From contig CAZMMZ010000008.1 of the NCBI GenBank assembly GCA_964567575.1, positions 9,960 through 50,141 of the forward strand: DNA of 40,182 nucleotides. Reading direction: 5' to 3'. The stretch is from Candidatus Undinarchaeota archaeon. GTDB lineage: Archaea; Undinarchaeota; Undinarchaeia; Undinarchaeales; UBA543. Below, piece by piece: positions 27,728 to 36,129 of this stretch. The translations under genes were made by a program, and so were the position numbers. How positions within the stretch are numbered: position 1 is the first letter of the stretch; each line of letters starts with the position of its first letter. Below the pieces are notes generated by a model, which worked only from the letters and a program-made list of their open reading frames with translations, ran no database searches and was not told the origin of the DNA.

Positions 27728-28808
27728 TTTTATATCTTAAAATCGCTGCAGCGCCACCAAGATTTTTAATTTGCTGACCTTCGCGTGTTTCTAGAGAAAG
27801 TAATTCGAATTTTGAGCCTGCATCTTGTGCTAGTTTCTCATATTCTTCAATAAGTGCATCTTCAGAATCTTCTGAAAGCATTGCAGTTTCAACAGCGCCT
27901 TGTGCTAAAGCACGTTTAACTTCTTCAACACCATATAAAGCAAGTCCGTCATCTTTTCCAAGATGGTCTAGGAATTTCGCAACAAGATTTCTTTCTTTTG
28001 TTATTTCAGCTTCTGCAATAATATCTTTAGATTTTTCTAAAAGTTCTGTAATTCCGGTCTCACCTGTATAACCAATATCCAGCACCCCAATAACTTTTTT
28101 CTTTATATGAGTTTCAAGGTTTCCTTCATCCATAAATTCTTCTTTTGTTGGTCCAGGGCCTCCAACAAGAATTCCTCTAAGGTCTTTAATATCTCTGAAA
28201 GTAGTATTTGCAACGTCAGCAATTTTTCTGTAAAACTCTTTTGCCATTCCTGCAATAACACGCTCGAAACGCTGAGCAGATTGACCACCAGCACGGAACT
28301 TTCCCGGGATTAATGAGTCAAAACTCTTCACAATTTCATAGCGCTTTCCTTTTAACAACGCAACATCAGCGTGTTGCCTTTCAACAACCACAATACCGTA
28401 TGTTTCAACATCCTCAAGCATTTCTTCAAGAGGTTCCATTACGAATTTCTGTGAGCATCTGTATAAATTTAAATTAAGTGGTCGTGGGGGTGTGATAGAT
28501 ACTATTGTAAAATCTTCTTTACCTTCTTGTTCTGAAACATTTCCACAAAAAATTGCAATTCCATTTTTAGGTGTTCTTTTTAAAAGTTTTAAATGTTGAA
28601 GAATTTTAGTTAAAGCAGTTGTAACATTCTTACGTGTGGTAGCGCTTTTAATATTAACGGCTGTTCCTTGCTCATCAGAAAGTCTACGTGTAACTTTATC
28701 TAAATTATAACCGTCTGCTGCATAAACTGTAATAAGTTCTGTATGACGTCCTCTATATGAAGTCAATTCTTTCAGCTTCTTTTTGAGATCTCTCATTTCA
28801 TCTGTCAT
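27723..28808 (-). CDS. prf1: Peptide chain release factor aRF1 (short form)
   Basis: NIKS, YRCSQKF and GGQ motifs. 361 aa. Confidence 0.96.
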   Translation of the reverse strand: MTDEMRDLKKKLKELTSYRGRHTELITVYAADGYNLDKVTRRLSDEQGTAVNIKSATTRKNVTTALTKILQHLKLLKRTPKNGIAIFCGNVSEQEGKEDFTIVSITPPRPLNLNLYRCSQKFVMEPLEEMLEDVETYGIVVVERQHADVALLKGKRYEIVKSFDSLIPGKFRAGGQSAQRFERVIAGMAKEFYRKIADVANTTFRDIKDLRGILVGGPGPTKEEFMDEGNLETHIKKKVIGVLDIGYTGETGITELLEKSKDIIAEAEITKERNLVAKFLDHLGKDDGLALYGVEEVKRALAQGAVETAMLSEDSEDALIEEYEKLAQDAGSKFELLSLETREGQQIKNLGGAAAILRYKM

Positions 28809-31249
28809 TCTTCTTTCTCGATTTCTACGTATATTTCAACAGGAAGCTCGCATTTTACTTTCTCTCCGTTTCCTTTTCCAAATTTAAGAGCCCCTGCTCT
28901 GGAAACGCCTTGTAAATCTAATTTAAACATTTCTATTACTTCTTTTAATTCAGAATCTTTTGTGTCAATAGAAATTGTTTTGACTTCTTTGCCAAGAGAA
29001 ATTCCGTTTTCTTGTTTGTATTGGCGGATTGAAGCAATTAATGTTTTCAAAGTTTCACCAGCCTTTTCAATTGCTTCATCTGGTTCTCCTGCGTCTGGCC
29101 ATTTGCAAATATGAATGCTCTTTGCTTTTTCAAATTTATTAAAATACATTTGATAAATTTCTTCAGTAACGTAAGGCATTATTGGTGCAAAGAGTTTGAG
29201 TATTGTTGAAGCAACTGTGTAAAGAGTATACTGCGCTGCTTCTTTTCCACCTTTTCCATATTTCTCTGGATTGTAAATTCTATCTTTAACAATTTCAAGA
29301 TAATAATCGCAGAATTCATGCCAGAATAATTTTTCTGTTTCTAGTTTTGCTTTTGAATATTCATATTTCTCAAAAGATTCTGTTGCGAATTTAATAACTG
29401 AATTAAGTCGTGAAAGAATCCATTTATCAACTTCTCGAAGTTTTGGTTTCTTTCCTGGTTTGTAACCTTCTAATTGCATTATTGCAAATTTACTAGCATT
29501 GAAAAGTTTAGTTGCGAATTTTAATCCTGTTGATAAATCTTTTTCTTGGAATGACAAGTCTTCACCCAGTGAAGAACCAGCTGCCCAAAAGCGTAACGCG
29601 TCAGCACTGTATTTTTCAATCATTTCATGTGGATCAACAACATTTCCTAAACTCTTTGACATTTTCTTTCCGTGAGGGTCAAGAGCCCAGCCACTTATCA
29701 TAACATCTTTCCAAGGATTTTTGTGTTCATGCATTTGCGCTTTAACAACAGTGTTGAACAACCAGAATGTAATAATGTCGTGAGCTTGTGGACGTAAATT
29801 CATAGGATAAATTTTGTCAAATTGTTTTGGGAATAATTCCACTGCAAGTTTTGGAGTAAGAGATGAGGTTGCCCAAGTATCCAGAACATCTTTTTCTGGT
29901 TCGAATTCTTTTGAACCGCATTTACAAGCTTTCTTTGGTTTATCTTTCAGTGGATCAATTGGTAAATCTTTTTCATCAGGCAAAAGCACTTCTCCACATT
30001 TTTTACAATACCAAACTGGAATTGGAACACCATAAAAGCGTTGTCTTGAGATACACCAATCCCATTGCAGACCTTCGACCCAATTCAGATATCTGTTTAT
30101 CATATGTTTTGGATACCAATTTAATTTTTCTCCAGCAACACGAAGATCTTCTTTAATATCAAGATATTTTATGAACCATTGTTTTGAATTAATAATTTCA
30201 ACAGGAGTTCCACAACGTTCATGAACATTAACAGGATGTTTTATTGGTTTTTGATTTACAAGCAATTTTTCTTTTTCTAAATCTTCAATTATTGCTTTGC
30301 GTGCTTCTCCAATTTTCATTCCAGAATATTTGCCTGCTTGTTTTGTCATTTTTCCTTTTGCAGTTATGCTCATAACAAGTGGCAAGTTGTGTGCTTTGTA
30401 CCATTCAATATCTGTTTGATCTCCAAATGTACAGCACATAACAATTCCAGTTCCTTTTTCCATATCAACGCGTTTATCTTCGCGAATTTCAACTTCAATA
30501 TCAAATAGTGGAACTTTTGCTTTCTTTCCAATTAATTTTTTATAACGAGAATCGTCTGGATGTGCGAAAATCGCAACGCAGCTTGGTAGTAATTCTGGGC
30601 GCGTTGTTGCAATAACAAGGTCTTTTCCATTTTCAAGTTTGAAAATAATATCATTAAAAGTACTGTCAAGTTCTTTATCAACAAGTTCTACTTGAGCAAT
30701 AGCCATGTGACATTCCGGACACCACATTGTTGGAGCTTCTTTTTGATATTCTCTGCCGCTATTGTACAAATCAATAAAAGATTTCTGAGAAATTTTTTGA
30801 GAATGTTTGTTAATTGTTGTGTAATAAATATTATAATCTGCAGAAATTCCAATTTTTCTCCAATCTGCTGTGTATTTTGGACGCAATTCTTTTTCAAGAG
30901 TTGTAAGACAAAATTTTACAAATTCTTCACGAGACATATCATTATGATTAATCTTTTTTTCTCGTTCTATTAATCGCTCTGTTGCAAGACCATTATCATC
31001 TGTTCCAAAAGGATAGAACATATTGAATCCTTGCATACGTTTGAAGCGAGCAACAAAGTCCATTTGTGAATAAGAAAAGGCATGGCCTATATGCATGCGC
31101 CCAGAAACCGTTGGCGGCGGCGTATCAATTGAATAGATTTCTTTTTTGCTATTTGGATCAAATCTGAAGATGTCCTCATCTTCCCACCACTTTGCCCATT
31201 TAGGCTCAGCTTCTTTTGCATCATATCTTTTTGGTAATTCTTTTTTCAT
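28805..31249 (-). CDS. valS: Valine--tRNA ligase, archaeal type
   Basis: DTPPPTVSGRMHIGH, editing domain (ATTRPELL, GTGIVMCCTFGDQTD), DWCISRQR, KMSKS. ATG at 31249. Confidence 0.97.
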   Translation of the reverse strand: MKKELPKRYDAKEAEPKWAKWWEDEDIFRFDPNSKKEIYSIDTPPPTVSGRMHIGHAFSYSQMDFVARFKRMQGFNMFYPFGTDDNGLATERLIEREKKINHNDMSREEFVKFCLTTLEKELRPKYTADWRKIGISADYNIYYTTINKHSQKISQKSFIDLYNSGREYQKEAPTMWCPECHMAIAQVELVDKELDSTFNDIIFKLENGKDLVIATTRPELLPSCVAIFAHPDDSRYKKLIGKKAKVPLFDIEVEIREDKRVDMEKGTGIVMCCTFGDQTDIEWYKAHNLPLVMSITAKGKMTKQAGKYSGMKIGEARKAIIEDLEKEKLLVNQKPIKHPVNVHERCGTPVEIINSKQWFIKYLDIKEDLRVAGEKLNWYPKHMINRYLNWVEGLQWDWCISRQRFYGVPIPVWYCKKCGEVLLPDEKDLPIDPLKDKPKKACKCGSKEFEPEKDVLDTWATSSLTPKLAVELFPKQFDKIYPMNLRPQAHDIITFWLFNTVVKAQMHEHKNPWKDVMISGWALDPHGKKMSKSLGNVVDPHEMIEKYSADALRFWAAGSSLGEDLSFQEKDLSTGLKFATKLFNASKFAIMQLEGYKPGKKPKLREVDKWILSRLNSVIKFATESFEKYEYSKAKLETEKLFWHEFCDYYLEIVKDRIYNPEKYGKGGKEAAQYTLYTVASTILKLFAPIMPYVTEEIYQMYFNKFEKAKSIHICKWPDAGEPDEAIEKAGETLKTLIASIRQYKQENGISLGKEVKTISIDTKDSELKEVIEMFKLDLQGVSRAGALKFGKGNGEKVKCELPVEIYVEIEKEE

Positions 31250-31349
31250 TAGACCCCAACTCCACAGCAATCAAAACTGTGAAAAAGCAAAGCTAGATCC
31301 CCTCATGGGGGTCATACGACAACCATTACATTTGTTTTCATTTCTAGCT
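31250..31349 (-). promoter_or_regulatory. About 100-nt structured 5' leader of valS (putative attenuator)
   Basis: BRE/TATA GAAAAAC-TTATAAAG at 31385-31371 predicts a TSS near 31349. Contains a Val-rich uORF and several mutually exclusive stems. Confidence 0.7.
31312..31341 (-). CDS. Putative valS leader peptide MKTNVMVVV*
   Basis: ATG AAA ACA AAT GTA ATG GTT GTC GTA TGA. 4 of 9 codons are Val, three in tandem before the stop. Confidence 0.7.
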   Translation of the reverse strand: MKTNVMVVV

Positions 31350-31396
31350 AAGACTGTATTGAAATAGTTACTTTATAAGTTTTTCAGATATTGTTT

Positions 31397-32455
31397 TTAA
31401 TGAAATCCAGGGTCACAGCAACAGGAATTAAATGGTAGTTCTTCATTAATACATTCCATATCTGCCATTGGATTTGCTAAATAAAATCCAAATTCTCCTT
31501 GGGAACCTGCACAATCTGCCCATGGTTCTGGTTCTGCTATATCTCCGCAGAATCCGCCTGGAGAGCGTGCATCTAAATAACAATTACCTTCACAACTCAT
31601 TGGATCTGCCTCTTTACATTTACCAGCCGAACAATACCAATTCTCTCCATATTCTTCATCACATATTAGTGGATCATTATCATTACTTGCACACATATCA
31701 TTATCATTACAATAATATTCAACTAAACCACCAACATCACAATAATCAGTTGAAGCTCCTTCAACATCTGTACAAGTTCCTTTTTGTAGATAATTAATTC
31801 CTCCATCTGTATCCGTACAAGCTGCTTCAGGAAAATCATCTGCATCATTTGGATCTGTTCCTGCTTCATATTCTTCTAAGTCAGTCCAACCATCTCCATC
31901 ATGATCTTGATTATTTGGAATACATCTTCCCATGTAGCATTTTCCTTCTGGGGCACAAACTTGAACCATTTCACTACACATTCCACTTTCGTCATTTGAA
32001 CACCAGAATTCAGTTAACATATCTCCAAAGTTTCCATCAAAACAAACATCATGATGCGATGCTCCTAAAATATCAATACAATTTCCTGCTATAATATAGA
32101 CTTCGCCATTATCTGAATCCGAACAAACTGGTGGAACTTCTGGTTCATCATCTCCATTTTCTGGATCTTCCTCTTCTATGGGATCTTCTTCAATTGGTTC
32201 CTCTTCAGGTTTTTCTTCTTTTGGTTTTTCTCCAGGAGTGTCTTTTTCTTTTTCTGGTATTATTTCATCACCTTCAATTTCAAACCCAGTTCCAGAATCT
32301 CCTGATATAATTTCTGTTCGCCTGTCAAGTATGATTTGATATTGTGGATACATTTTACCAAGGACAAATGCACCAGTAATTAATGCAGCTATAATTGTAA
32401 CAGCGAGTGTAATAAAAATAATTATTTTCAAAGTAGATTCTGTTTCTTTTTTCAT
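31397..32455 (-). CDS. Membrane-anchored acidic Cys-rich surface protein
   Basis: N-terminal TM, E/P/D-rich stalk, two Cx(D)(S/T)DxG repeats flanking a DHDGDGWTDLEEYEAGTDP Ca-binding-type motif, Cys-rich C-terminus. Confidence 0.8.
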   Translation of the reverse strand: MKKETESTLKIIIFITLAVTIIAALITGAFVLGKMYPQYQIILDRRTEIISGDSGTGFEIEGDEIIPEKEKDTPGEKPKEEKPEEEPIEEDPIEEEDPENGDDEPEVPPVCSDSDNGEVYIIAGNCIDILGASHHDVCFDGNFGDMLTEFWCSNDESGMCSEMVQVCAPEGKCYMGRCIPNNQDHDGDGWTDLEEYEAGTDPNDADDFPEAACTDTDGGINYLQKGTCTDVEGASTDYCDVGGLVEYYCNDNDMCASNDNDPLICDEEYGENWYCSAGKCKEADPMSCEGNCYLDARSPGGFCGDIAEPEPWADCAGSQGEFGFYLANPMADMECINEELPFNSCCCDPGFH

Positions 32456-32521
32456 CAACCAGATTATTAATTTTAACTATAAAAAGGTAGTTATTTATAC
32501 ACTTTAGTATAACTCGAAATA

Positions 32522-33682
32522 ATGACGCTTACGGATCACAAACACTTTCACAATTTTTTTTGCAAACAAAGATATTAATGAATTGTATGGTGCAATGGCA
32601 ATTTTTCGATTTGGTGTTTCTTTAATATCACTCTACGTTCCGATTTTTATGTATCAGCGCGGGTTTTCAATTTCACACATTCTGATGTTTTTTGTAATAG
32701 CTGCAATCTATTACACAGTATTTTCAATACCAAGTTCAAAAATTTCATCGCGCTTTGGTGTGAAGCATACCATGTTAATGAGTCTTCCACTTCTTGTGGT
32801 GTATTATCTTGGTTTGAATTATCTTAATCCAGGAAGCATTCTGTATTATATATTACCAGGAGTTGCATCTGCACATTCTGCTTTATTTAATATTGCGTAT
32901 CACTTGAATTTTATACAACATGCAGATCGCGATAAAACAGCGCGACAAATGACGGTTTTAAGTATTATTTCAAGTGCTGTTCAATTTGTTAGTCCGTTCC
33001 TAGGAGCACTTATTATAATCAACTCTGGGTTTGGCGCGAATTTCATTCTTGGTTCTGTGATAATTCTTTTATCAATGCTTCCTCTTCTTCTTACAGAGGA
33101 TGTGCACGAGCCAATGAGTTTTTCTGTGAAAGATATTTGTAAGTACATGATATCTCGAAAGTATTTGCCAATGAATCTCTCTTATCTTGGGTATGCAGTT
33201 GAATCTATAATCAGTCGTTTGCTGTGGCCAGTTTTCTTGATTGTGATTTTGAAAACAGTTACAATGGTTGGTGGAATTGTGTCATTAACTTCTTTCTTCA
33301 CAATAATAACAATGTATTTTATTGCAAAGCTTGCTGACAAATGGGATAAAAGAAAGCTGATAAAAATTGGAACTATTTTGCATTTCTTTGGATGGCTTGG
33401 TCGTTTGTTTGTTTATTCTCCGTTGACAATTTTTTCTGTTGATACATTCAAAGGTGTTGCAATGAGTACTGTTCAGATCCCTTGGGGGCTTACTTTTATG
33501 ATATATCCCGTAAGCAAAATTATTTTGAATTAATTGTTGCAAGAGAAATCGTGTTTAATGTATCAATAATAATTGTTCTACCGCTATTGGTTTTATTGAT
33601 AAAATTCGGTGGGTTTGGTTTCAAAACTGCATTTGTAATCGCTGCGCTGTTTTCATTATTGTATATGTGTATAAAGGAATAA
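32522..33682 (+). pseudogene. MFS transporter interrupted by two homopolymer frameshifts
   Basis: ATG 32522 (MTLTDHKHFHNFF) joins the main frame only if one T is dropped from T8 (32554-32561). The main frame joins the C-terminal frame only if one G is added to G5 (33484-33488). Confidence 0.75.
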
Positions 33683-33683
33683 T

Positions 33684-34067
33684 CTATTCTTTCTTTTTTC
33701 TTTTCTTCCGTTTTCCTTTTACTTTTTGTTGTTTGAAAACTTCAGTTTCGCATTTTTCGCAAGTGATTGTATATGGTTTTTCCATATCAATTTCTCCACC
33801 ACCTGCATGTCCGCAGTCAGGACACTTGTAACCGTATTTCATTAAGGATTCTGCCGATTTCTTAAAAAGAATATATTTTCCAATTCCTCTACTTAGATAT
33901 CCTGATGTAAATTGTCCGCCTTCGCCCATAAAGTCTTGCGCTTCTTGCTCTAAACTTTCTAGTGTAATTTTTGTAGAAGTCGAAGTTTGCTGGGACTCTT
34001 CTTGTCGAGCCCCGGCGTTAATAGTGTCTTGTGAAGTCTCTGCGTTGTTTTCTTGCTCTTCAGTCAT
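33684..34067 (-). CDS. Zn-ribbon protein with acidic N-terminus and Lys-rich tail
   Basis: CPDC...CEKC, ends [13 protein letters not shown]. Start abuts the rpl12 stop. Confidence 0.8.
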   Translation of the reverse strand: MTEEQENNAETSQDTINAGARQEESQQTSTSTKITLESLEQEAQDFMGEGGQFTSGYLSRGIGKYILFKKSAESLMKYGYKCPDCGHAGGGEIDMEKPYTITCEKCETEVFKQQKVKGKRKKRKKKE

Positions 34068-34358
34068 TTATCCGAACAGAGCGCCAAGCCCTGCGGAAGC
34101 TGCTGCAGTATCTTCTTTTTTCTCTTCTTTCTTTTCTTCTTTTGCTTCGCCACCTGCTGCAGGTGCTGCTGCTGGAGCTGCGACTGCAGCTTCAGAGATT
34201 GTCTTCTCTATGTCAACACCGTCAAGTGATGCGCAAACAGCTTTAATCATAGCTGCATCTGACTTCTCGCCAGTAGCGTCAAGAACCTTAGAAAGGTTTG
34301 CTTCATTAATTTCTTTGCCTGCTGAGTTTAACAACATAGCGCCGTATACATATTCCAT
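34068..34358 (-). CDS. rpl12: 50S ribosomal stalk protein P1 (aL12)
   Basis: [10 protein letters not shown], Ala-rich hinge, C-terminal [15 protein letters not shown]. Confidence 0.97.
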   Translation of the reverse strand: MEYVYGAMLLNSAGKEINEANLSKVLDATGEKSDAAMIKAVCASLDGVDIEKTISEAAVAAPAAAPAAGGEAKEEKKEEKKEDTAAASAGLGALFG

Positions 34359-34441
34359 TTTTTTTAATCCTCCGATAATTATGAGTGCCTATTGTGTAGC
34401 GCGTGGGGTTTATAAGGTTTTTGGGATATAATAAAGTCTGT

Positions 34442-35119
34442 ATGAAAACAGCAATACTTTTCTCTGGAGGGAAGGATTCCACAATGGCATTGTACTGGTG
34501 TCTGCAGAATGATTATACTGTTAAGTATCTTGTTAGTGCTTTTCCTGCAAATCCTGATAGTATGCTTTTCCATACATCAAATATTGATCTTGTTAGATTA
34601 ATTGCAGAGGCAGTTGGGATAGAACTTGTTGAAGTTCATGTTAAATCAACAGAAGATATTGGTGAAAGCAAAGAATTGAAAGATGCGTTGAAAAATTTAG
34701 AAATTGATGCACTTGCAGTTGGTGGGGTTTCTTCAAATTATCAAGGAAAGATTTTTGGGAAAATGGCACAAGAATTAGGTTGCGAATTAATTGCACCTTA
34801 TTGGAATGCGCCTCATGAAGACTTAATTAAAGAGTCGATTGATGCTGGTTTTAAAATACTTTTCACAAGCGTTTCAGCAGATGGTCTTGATAAAAGTTGG
34901 CTTGGCAAAGAATTGAATTCTGAAACTTTTGAAGAACTTAAACAACTTTGCGAAAAATTCAGAATTAATATTGGTGGAGAAGGTGGAGAATATTGCACAA
35001 CTGTTATTGATGGTCCGATTTTCAAAAAGCGAATTAATGTAATTGAATCTGAAAAACAATGGGCTGGATTAAGTGGTAAATATATTATAAAGAAAGCAGA
35101 GCTTGTTGAAAAGAATTAA
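34442..35119 (+). CDS. dph6: Diphthine--ammonia ligase (MJ0570/Dph6 family PP-loop ATPase)
   Basis: LFSGGKDS, SMLFH, GGEGGEYCT.V.DGPIF. ATG 34442. Confidence 0.88.
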   Translation: MKTAILFSGGKDSTMALYWCLQNDYTVKYLVSAFPANPDSMLFHTSNIDLVRLIAEAVGIELVEVHVKSTEDIGESKELKDALKNLEIDALAVGGVSSNYQGKIFGKMAQELGCELIAPYWNAPHEDLIKESIDAGFKILFTSVSADGLDKSWLGKELNSETFEELKQLCEKFRINIGGEGGEYCTTVIDGPIFKKRINVIESEKQWAGLSGKYIIKKAELVEKN

Positions 35120-35180
35120 CTATCTCTGGTTAAATTAATTTTATAACTTTAGATTTTGTCTTTTAGGTGGAGGTACTGAT

Positions 35181-35372
35181 ATGGTAAAGAAACCTGACTT
35201 TAAAGCAATAACACGAGTTGGTGAAAAGCAATGGTCAAAGATTGGTTCTGGTTGGATTAATCCAAAAGGCAATCTTTCAGTTTATTTGAGTGTTCTACCG
35301 ACATCAAATAATGGCCGGTATAATTTCCTCCTCGTCCCTAATGGAAAAAGCACTAATTCTCAGCGCGCTTGA
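35181..35372 (+). CDS. Small basic beta-rich protein (63 aa)
   Basis: SD GGAGGT upstream. WSKIGSGWINPKGNLSVYLSVLP pattern. Confidence 0.7.
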   Translation: MVKKPDFKAITRVGEKQWSKIGSGWINPKGNLSVYLSVLPTSNNGRYNFLLVPNGKSTNSQRA

Positions 35373-35381
35373 TGCGCGCTG
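35361..35381 (+). terminator. GC-rich hairpin overlapping the stop of the 63-aa ORF
   Basis: CAGCGCGC-TTGAT-GCGCGCTG, perfect 8-bp stem in AT-rich context, followed by CCATTTTAT. Confidence 0.5.
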
Positions 35382-35442
35382 CCATTTTATCTTATAGCAA
35401 TACTTATAAGAATAAAACATCCCATTATAGCCTGCATATGAT

Positions 35443-35529
35443 GCGGGGGTGGCACAATCTGGTAATGCGCTAGCCTGCTAAGTTAGTTTCCGCAAGGATT
35501 TGCCGGTTCAAATCCGGCTCCCCGCGCCA
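35443..35529 (+). tRNA. tRNA-Ser(GCT)
   Basis: Acceptor GCGGGGG/TCCCCGC, anticodon arm CTAGC-CTGCTAA-GTTAG, long variable arm TCC-GCAA-GGA, T arm GCCGG-TTCAAAT-CCGGC, discriminator G, encoded CCA. Confidence 0.95.
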
Positions 35530-35536
35530 TATTCAT

Positions 35537-35612
35537 GGGCCCGTGGTCTAGTCGCTATGACGTCTCCCTTACACGGAGAAGTTCACAGGTTCAAATCCTG
35601 TTGGGCCCACCA
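35537..35612 (+). tRNA. tRNA-Val(TAC)
   Basis: Acceptor GGGCCCG/TGGGCCC, anticodon arm TCTCC-CTTACAC-GGAGA, T arm ACAGG-TTCAAAT-CCTGT, discriminator A, encoded CCA. Confidence 0.93.
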
Positions 35613-35650
35613 ATTATTTTATATAGAAGACTTTCTACTGGTTTATTATA

Positions 35651-36094
35651 ATGGAAACAAAAACCACAGCAATGGTCGGAATAATTTTCTTAGTTTTAGT
35701 TATTGGGGGTGCTTTAGCACTTTCAACTTTTGGAGTATCTACAGTTGGTCAATATTATAAGAAATCAACTTTCACAGAAGGTACTTGTGAAACTGCGCAT
35801 CTTTATCAAAATGGTGTTTGTCTTCCAAAAGAAACTGGTGAACAAACTTATTTAGATGATAATGGTTGTTGCAGAGCTTGTACGGATATGGCATACAGCG
35901 CAAATGCATGTGGTGATTGTCTTGGTTTAAGTGAAAATTGTCGATGGCAAACTGCAGATGAAATTATAGCTTGTTTTGATACAACAGATGCATTGTTCTT
36001 TGATAACTGTGTAGATTATTGCGAAACTTCTTCTGTTGCAAAAGGAGAAAACTGTTATCATTCAAGCTGTTCTGATCCGATGATTTGTGATTAG
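35651..36094 (+). CDS. Membrane-anchored/secreted Cys-rich protein (14 Cys)
   Basis: N-terminal hydrophobic segment followed by STVGQYY, then a small disulfide-rich domain. Confidence 0.75.
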   Translation: METKTTAMVGIIFLVLVIGGALALSTFGVSTVGQYYKKSTFTEGTCETAHLYQNGVCLPKETGEQTYLDDNGCCRACTDMAYSANACGDCLGLSENCRWQTADEIIACFDTTDALFFDNCVDYCETSSVAKGENCYHSSCSDPMICD

Positions 36095-36129
36095 GTAAAT
36101 TTATAAGCAGGCAGTATCATAATTTTGTT

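Noticed and set aside
31250-31349. T-box riboswitch or C/D-box sRNA reading of the valS leader
   Set aside because: No T-box 14-mer or stem I, and too short; no RUGAUGA/CUGA pair.
35500-35760. 86-aa plus-strand ORF
   Set aside because: Overlaps tRNA-Ser and tRNA-Val.
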